Below, in pieces: positions 60,195 through 64,000 of a stretch of DNA of 64,000 bases. Position 1 is the first letter of the stretch. Every line of letters starts with the position of its first letter. The DNA is from Prorocentrum cordatum (taxonomy: Eukaryota): positions 186,001 to 250,000 of the forward strand of contig CAUYUJ010000081.1 of NCBI GenBank assembly GCA_963575745.1, read 5' to 3'. The notes beneath the pieces were generated by a model. That model did not search any database. It had not been told where the DNA came from and saw only the letters and a program-made list of their open reading frames with translations. The translations under genes were made by a program, and so were the position numbers.

Positions 60195-63100
60195 AAGCAG
60201 CGTGGGGTCGGGAGCTGCACAGGCGCCCCCTTCCTGGGACCCAACGCCGGTTGTCTTTGAGGCGTTTGACCTTGGTTGTTATGAAGGCGGCGACAGACGG
60301 CAGACGGCGGCGCCTGTTTGACTCGGCCAGGCCGCTGCAGGACCTGCTGGTGGAGGTTGAAGAACCTCGGCTCGCGGGGCTGACGAGGGCGGAACTTTTT
60401 CAAGGCCTAGGGGGTCCCAGTAGCGTAGGCTTTGCGAATGCGTTTCGGTGCGCAGTGGACAGCAGCGTGCAGCAGGAGGCGGCGGAAGGCCGAAAGAGAT
60501 TGACAACGTGGGCTCGGTCGGCGGTCGGGCGTCGAGGTCGGGGGGCTCACAAATGCTCGAAAGGCCCCGCTCAGCCTCCTTTGCCAGTCCTTGAGGATGA
60601 GGATCTCACTGTGCCAGTAAGAGGTCCCAGGCCGCTTGTCGGGCAGGCGGCACGCGTTCGCACTTTGCGCGAGCGGGAGCTCAAGGTTGAAGGACAAGCG
60701 GCGCCTCTTTGGAAAGAAGCGTTCTATGAAGGAGCGCCCGACCTGGTGAGTTTCTGTAAGGTGGCGGCCCACACGACGGTGACTGTGATGCGCGAAGGGC
60801 GCATCAGGCACTGTGAGTGGGAGGGCAGTGCCGAAGCCGATCGACTTTCGGATTTTAGTGCGGAGCTATGCGGTTGCCCGTCCAAAGTTGTCATGGTGTC
60901 CAAAGGCATGCTCCAGGTCGCACGCCTTCTCCTGCAGTCCATTTGTAGGGCTGAAGCCCCATATGTGCAGGAAGGCAGGTTGGACAATGTCGGAGTCCAG
61001 GGGCTCACAGAGATCTCCCTGGAAGGGAGATCCGACTTTGAGGAGGCACTTGAGGCGGTGTGGTGGCGGGGTGGGTGGTGCTGATGGCGCTGCTGCTCCT
61101 GCTCCTCCCCCCGACGCTCCTCAACTGTCCTCGAGACCTCCATCAGAGCCCTTGGCGCCTGAGCTGCTGGCGATGGCAGAGGATGCCCGTCAGGCACCTG
61201 CTTTCATCGGAGGGCTTGTTTTGTTGCAGCTAGCGGGTGAGGATAAACAGCCTTCCATTCTTTGTTGTTCGACCTACGGAGAGTATGCCACGGTGTCTGT
61301 GGGATCCAGAGGCCTGCGTCAGGGCTGTGGAGGGTCCCAGCAGACCTTGGCTGACCTAGGCAGGAAGAGCTCTTGGGCAGTCAGTAAGGACAAGCACCCC
61401 AGCAGGTCTCTCAAACTGGGCTCCTGGCTACCTCCTGGGGCTTGGGCGCGTGAGCTGGTGGGGGGGGCCTGGGAGCCCAAGAAGGCCCAGATGGGTGATG
61501 TAGGTGTGGCCAGAGCCACTTCGGGCCATCCTGCACGTGCAGGTTTGTGCCTGGCCGATGCCCTGCAAGCGTTCGGGCCTAATGAGTTCGAAGCCGCTGA
61601 ATTGGGACTGAGGCGATGTTAACGAGGCCCAGACAATGATCTGGAGGAAGAAGAACTTGGCGGTTAGATACCAAGGGGGGCCCTGTCGCTGGCCCCTGGC
61701 AGGTCTTGGGCCTTCCTGCCAGGGTGACAAAAAGTTCCCCTTTGATGGGCCCCCCTGGGTTGTTTGGACCGTCGGACTTCCTCCCCCCCTTTTCCCCTCA
61801 GTGGCGTGCGATCCTCCGCCTCTGCATTCCCCTCCTCCTCCTCCTCCTCCTCCTCCTCCTCATTATCCTGCTGTTGCTGCTGAAGTTAATTCGGCTTGTG
61901 ACCTGAAGTCAGTGTCCTCCTCCTCCTCCCCCACATCGGTCGGTCGGTCGGTCGGTCGGCGCCTCATGGATTGAGTCTGAATCCGAATCGACGAGTAAGA
62001 AAAGAAGCGGCAACACAGAGAAAGCGGCGAGGGCGATCGCTGGAGCGGGCAGGCCTCCCAGGTGAAACAAATCGTGTCCCCCACCCCCCATATCCACAGC
62101 CCAATCCCAGTCTGTTGTGGGCCCCTTTAGAAGCCCAGTCCTGTGCCAGAGTCGGTGCTGGGAATGGTCGCGTGGTGGTCGACATCGCCACAAGATGGAC
62201 CCTACAACGAGTCTTGGTACCGCGCCCACCCAGTGAGGTCCGAACAAACATCAGTACAGAAACTTCCTTCCACGTAGGTACTGCGAGAGCAGGTGCCGCG
62301 CACACCAGCTTCTATTCAGGAGACATGGATGGGTAGTACCCTATGGGCGTAATCACGACCCCTGTGGAAATCAAAGAAAGGGTCCGAAGGAATGAGAAGG
62401 GAACCTGATATTGCAACGAACCCTGACCTTGGTGGACAAGTGGGCGTGACTTGCGAGGATAAGAAAAATGAAGAAGAGGACGCCTACAGGGCGCATAATG
62501 TTGATTCACGTGCTGTCCGTGTGACGCTGCGCCGCATTTGAAAGTAAGTATGAAGGTTCCCGTGCGTTTCGTTTGATGCTGTGCCACTTTGTCGGGGCGT
62601 CTACGAACATCTTGGAGCCCTGTTGGGCAATGTTCGGGCCCTGCTATGCGAGCCAATGGGGAGGGACAGTGGCCGTGACGTGCGAGAAAGAGAACAGCAG
62701 AGAAAATGATTACTGTGGGGGGCTCATCGTGTTGGTTCCCGTGTTCCCCGTTTTCACGTTATGGAGCATTTGTGGCAGTCCTGGAGCCCTCTTGGGCAAG
62801 GGGGCGTGACTCGAGAGCAAGCGAACAGCAAAAAAGAGCGTGCCTAGAAGGCACTTTCCCGCGTTGTCCGTTTGGCGGTGTCACGCTTTGCGGGTGCATC
62901 TCCACGTATCCTTGAGCCTTGTTGGGCATTCTTGGGGCCCCCTTGGGGGCCAGTGGGGGCTTCCCGAAGGCCTCTTCCAGGGTTCCTGGGGCCTCTTGGA
63001 AACCTCTTGGGGGCCTCCTGAGGGCCTCTTGGGGCCTCCTGGGGGTCTTTTAGAGCGGAGAGCCTAAAATGTCGGTCCCTGCCCCCTTCCTGTAGGTTTT

Positions 63101-63679
63101 CTGAGGGCGTTCCTGGGGCCTTCGGAGGCCGTCTTGGAGGCCTCTTGGGCCGTCTTGAGGGCATCTTGGACTGTCTGGGCGCTCTCTTGGGGGCCTCTTA
63201 GGCCGTCTTGGGGCGATCTTTGGGACCACTTGGGCTGTCTTGGAGCGTCGGGCAACCGAAAACGCAAAAACCCGAAAAACCTTCAAAACCCTAACAATAA
63301 CCAGTGAATTTTGACACTTGGGGCTCTCTTGGAAGACCTCTCGGAGGCCTCCCGAGGCGTCCTGGGAGTTCCATGGGCCGTCTGGACGCGATCTTAGACG
63401 GCCTCGATCGACCTGCTGGCGACTCTGGGTCCTCTTGGACCATCTTACGGATCATCTTGGGGCCGCCCGTGCCGCACGGAAGCGCGTCTGCCGAAATGGG
63501 GCCGTCTTCCGGCGGCGTCCGCCGGCGTGCGCTCCGTGGCCGGGGGGGGGGGTCCGGGGGGCTCCCCCCCCAGATCCCCCCAGGGGAACACTAAACGGTA
63601 ACCCCTCCTCAAGGTCGGGGAAAAACAAACCTGATCGTCCAATTCAGCGGGGGGGGGCAGAAAAACCTAACTATTGAGA

Positions 63680-63971
63680 CCGACTGAGCAAGAAAGCGAC
63701 AGAATTGGGACGGGTACGTTTTGGCCGCGGCAGTGTTCGACCACCCTGCTGCGTTCCTGCCCTCAAACACTTGCATGTGGGCCCTGTGTTGGCACATGCC
63801 ATGGTGGGGTGTTTCTCGCAACATCTGGCGATCTGGCGCATCACTGGCACATTGATACCCGAAAGCGATGTAGCTGTTTTTGCGTCCTGCCCAATGGTGT
63901 TCTCGTTGTCTGATTGCCGCGGGTGGTCGGCCTCTGGAGGCTGAGATTGCTCGTGCGCCTGAAGGAAGCAT
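63680..63971 (-). pseudogene. C-terminal fragment of a retroelement-type DNMT-like domain
   Basis: QC..DAP...C...H..FEG...G...TAAAKTYPSQFCRFLA. It continues beyond the window edge. Confidence 0.4.
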
Positions 63972-64000
63972 GATTAGTAAAAGGCAAGCCGTGTCCGAGG

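Larger units (their letters stand above)
57063..61830 (+). mobile_element. SL-headed LINE, apparently lacking RT and RNase H, bounded by (CCT)n on both sides
   Basis: Order is SL, ORF1, 210-bp repeats, APE domain, a W..W..AH.SK-type linker and a Cys-rich tail (CCSTYGEYA..GLRQGC..KHP), then (CCT)n at 61831-61860. Confidence 0.75.

Noticed and set aside
62100..62660. Tyrosine-recombinase fragment (RAGAA motif) or host exon
   Set aside because: Only one short motif, with no supporting catalytic residues or sustained ORF.

Overview
This is repeat-saturated eukaryotic DNA, almost certainly from a dinoflagellate: a perfect 22-nt dinoflagellate spliced leader (DinoSL, TCCGTAGCCATTTTGGCTCAAG) sits at 57063-57084. 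I see no intact host gene, rRNA, tRNA or CRISPR array, and most ORFs in the track are artefacts of microsatellites and GC-rich repeats. The window is a nest of transposable elements. (1) A ~1,500-aa hAT-like DDE transposase gene with two spliceosomal introns lies on the minus strand (10054 to ~2810). It reassembles in frame once two insertions are removed, and it has one in-frame stop. (2) At least four complete non-autonomous elements share one end design: a terminal inverted repeat at the left end (overlapping a hairpin in three of the four), and at the right end a subterminal inverted repeat followed by a GNA-loop mini-hairpin. This is Helitron2/Helentron-like. (3) There are two Ty1/copia fragments, one with a decayed cytosine-methyltransferase-like domain. 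(4) There are several LINE remnants; two begin at an SL or SL relic directly beside a (CCT)n tract. (5) Five ~1-kb modules form a head-to-tail array separated by (CAA)n. (6) Three elements have a 77-bp satellite body with conserved heads and tails. All family assignments come from motif recognition by eye; no database search was run.
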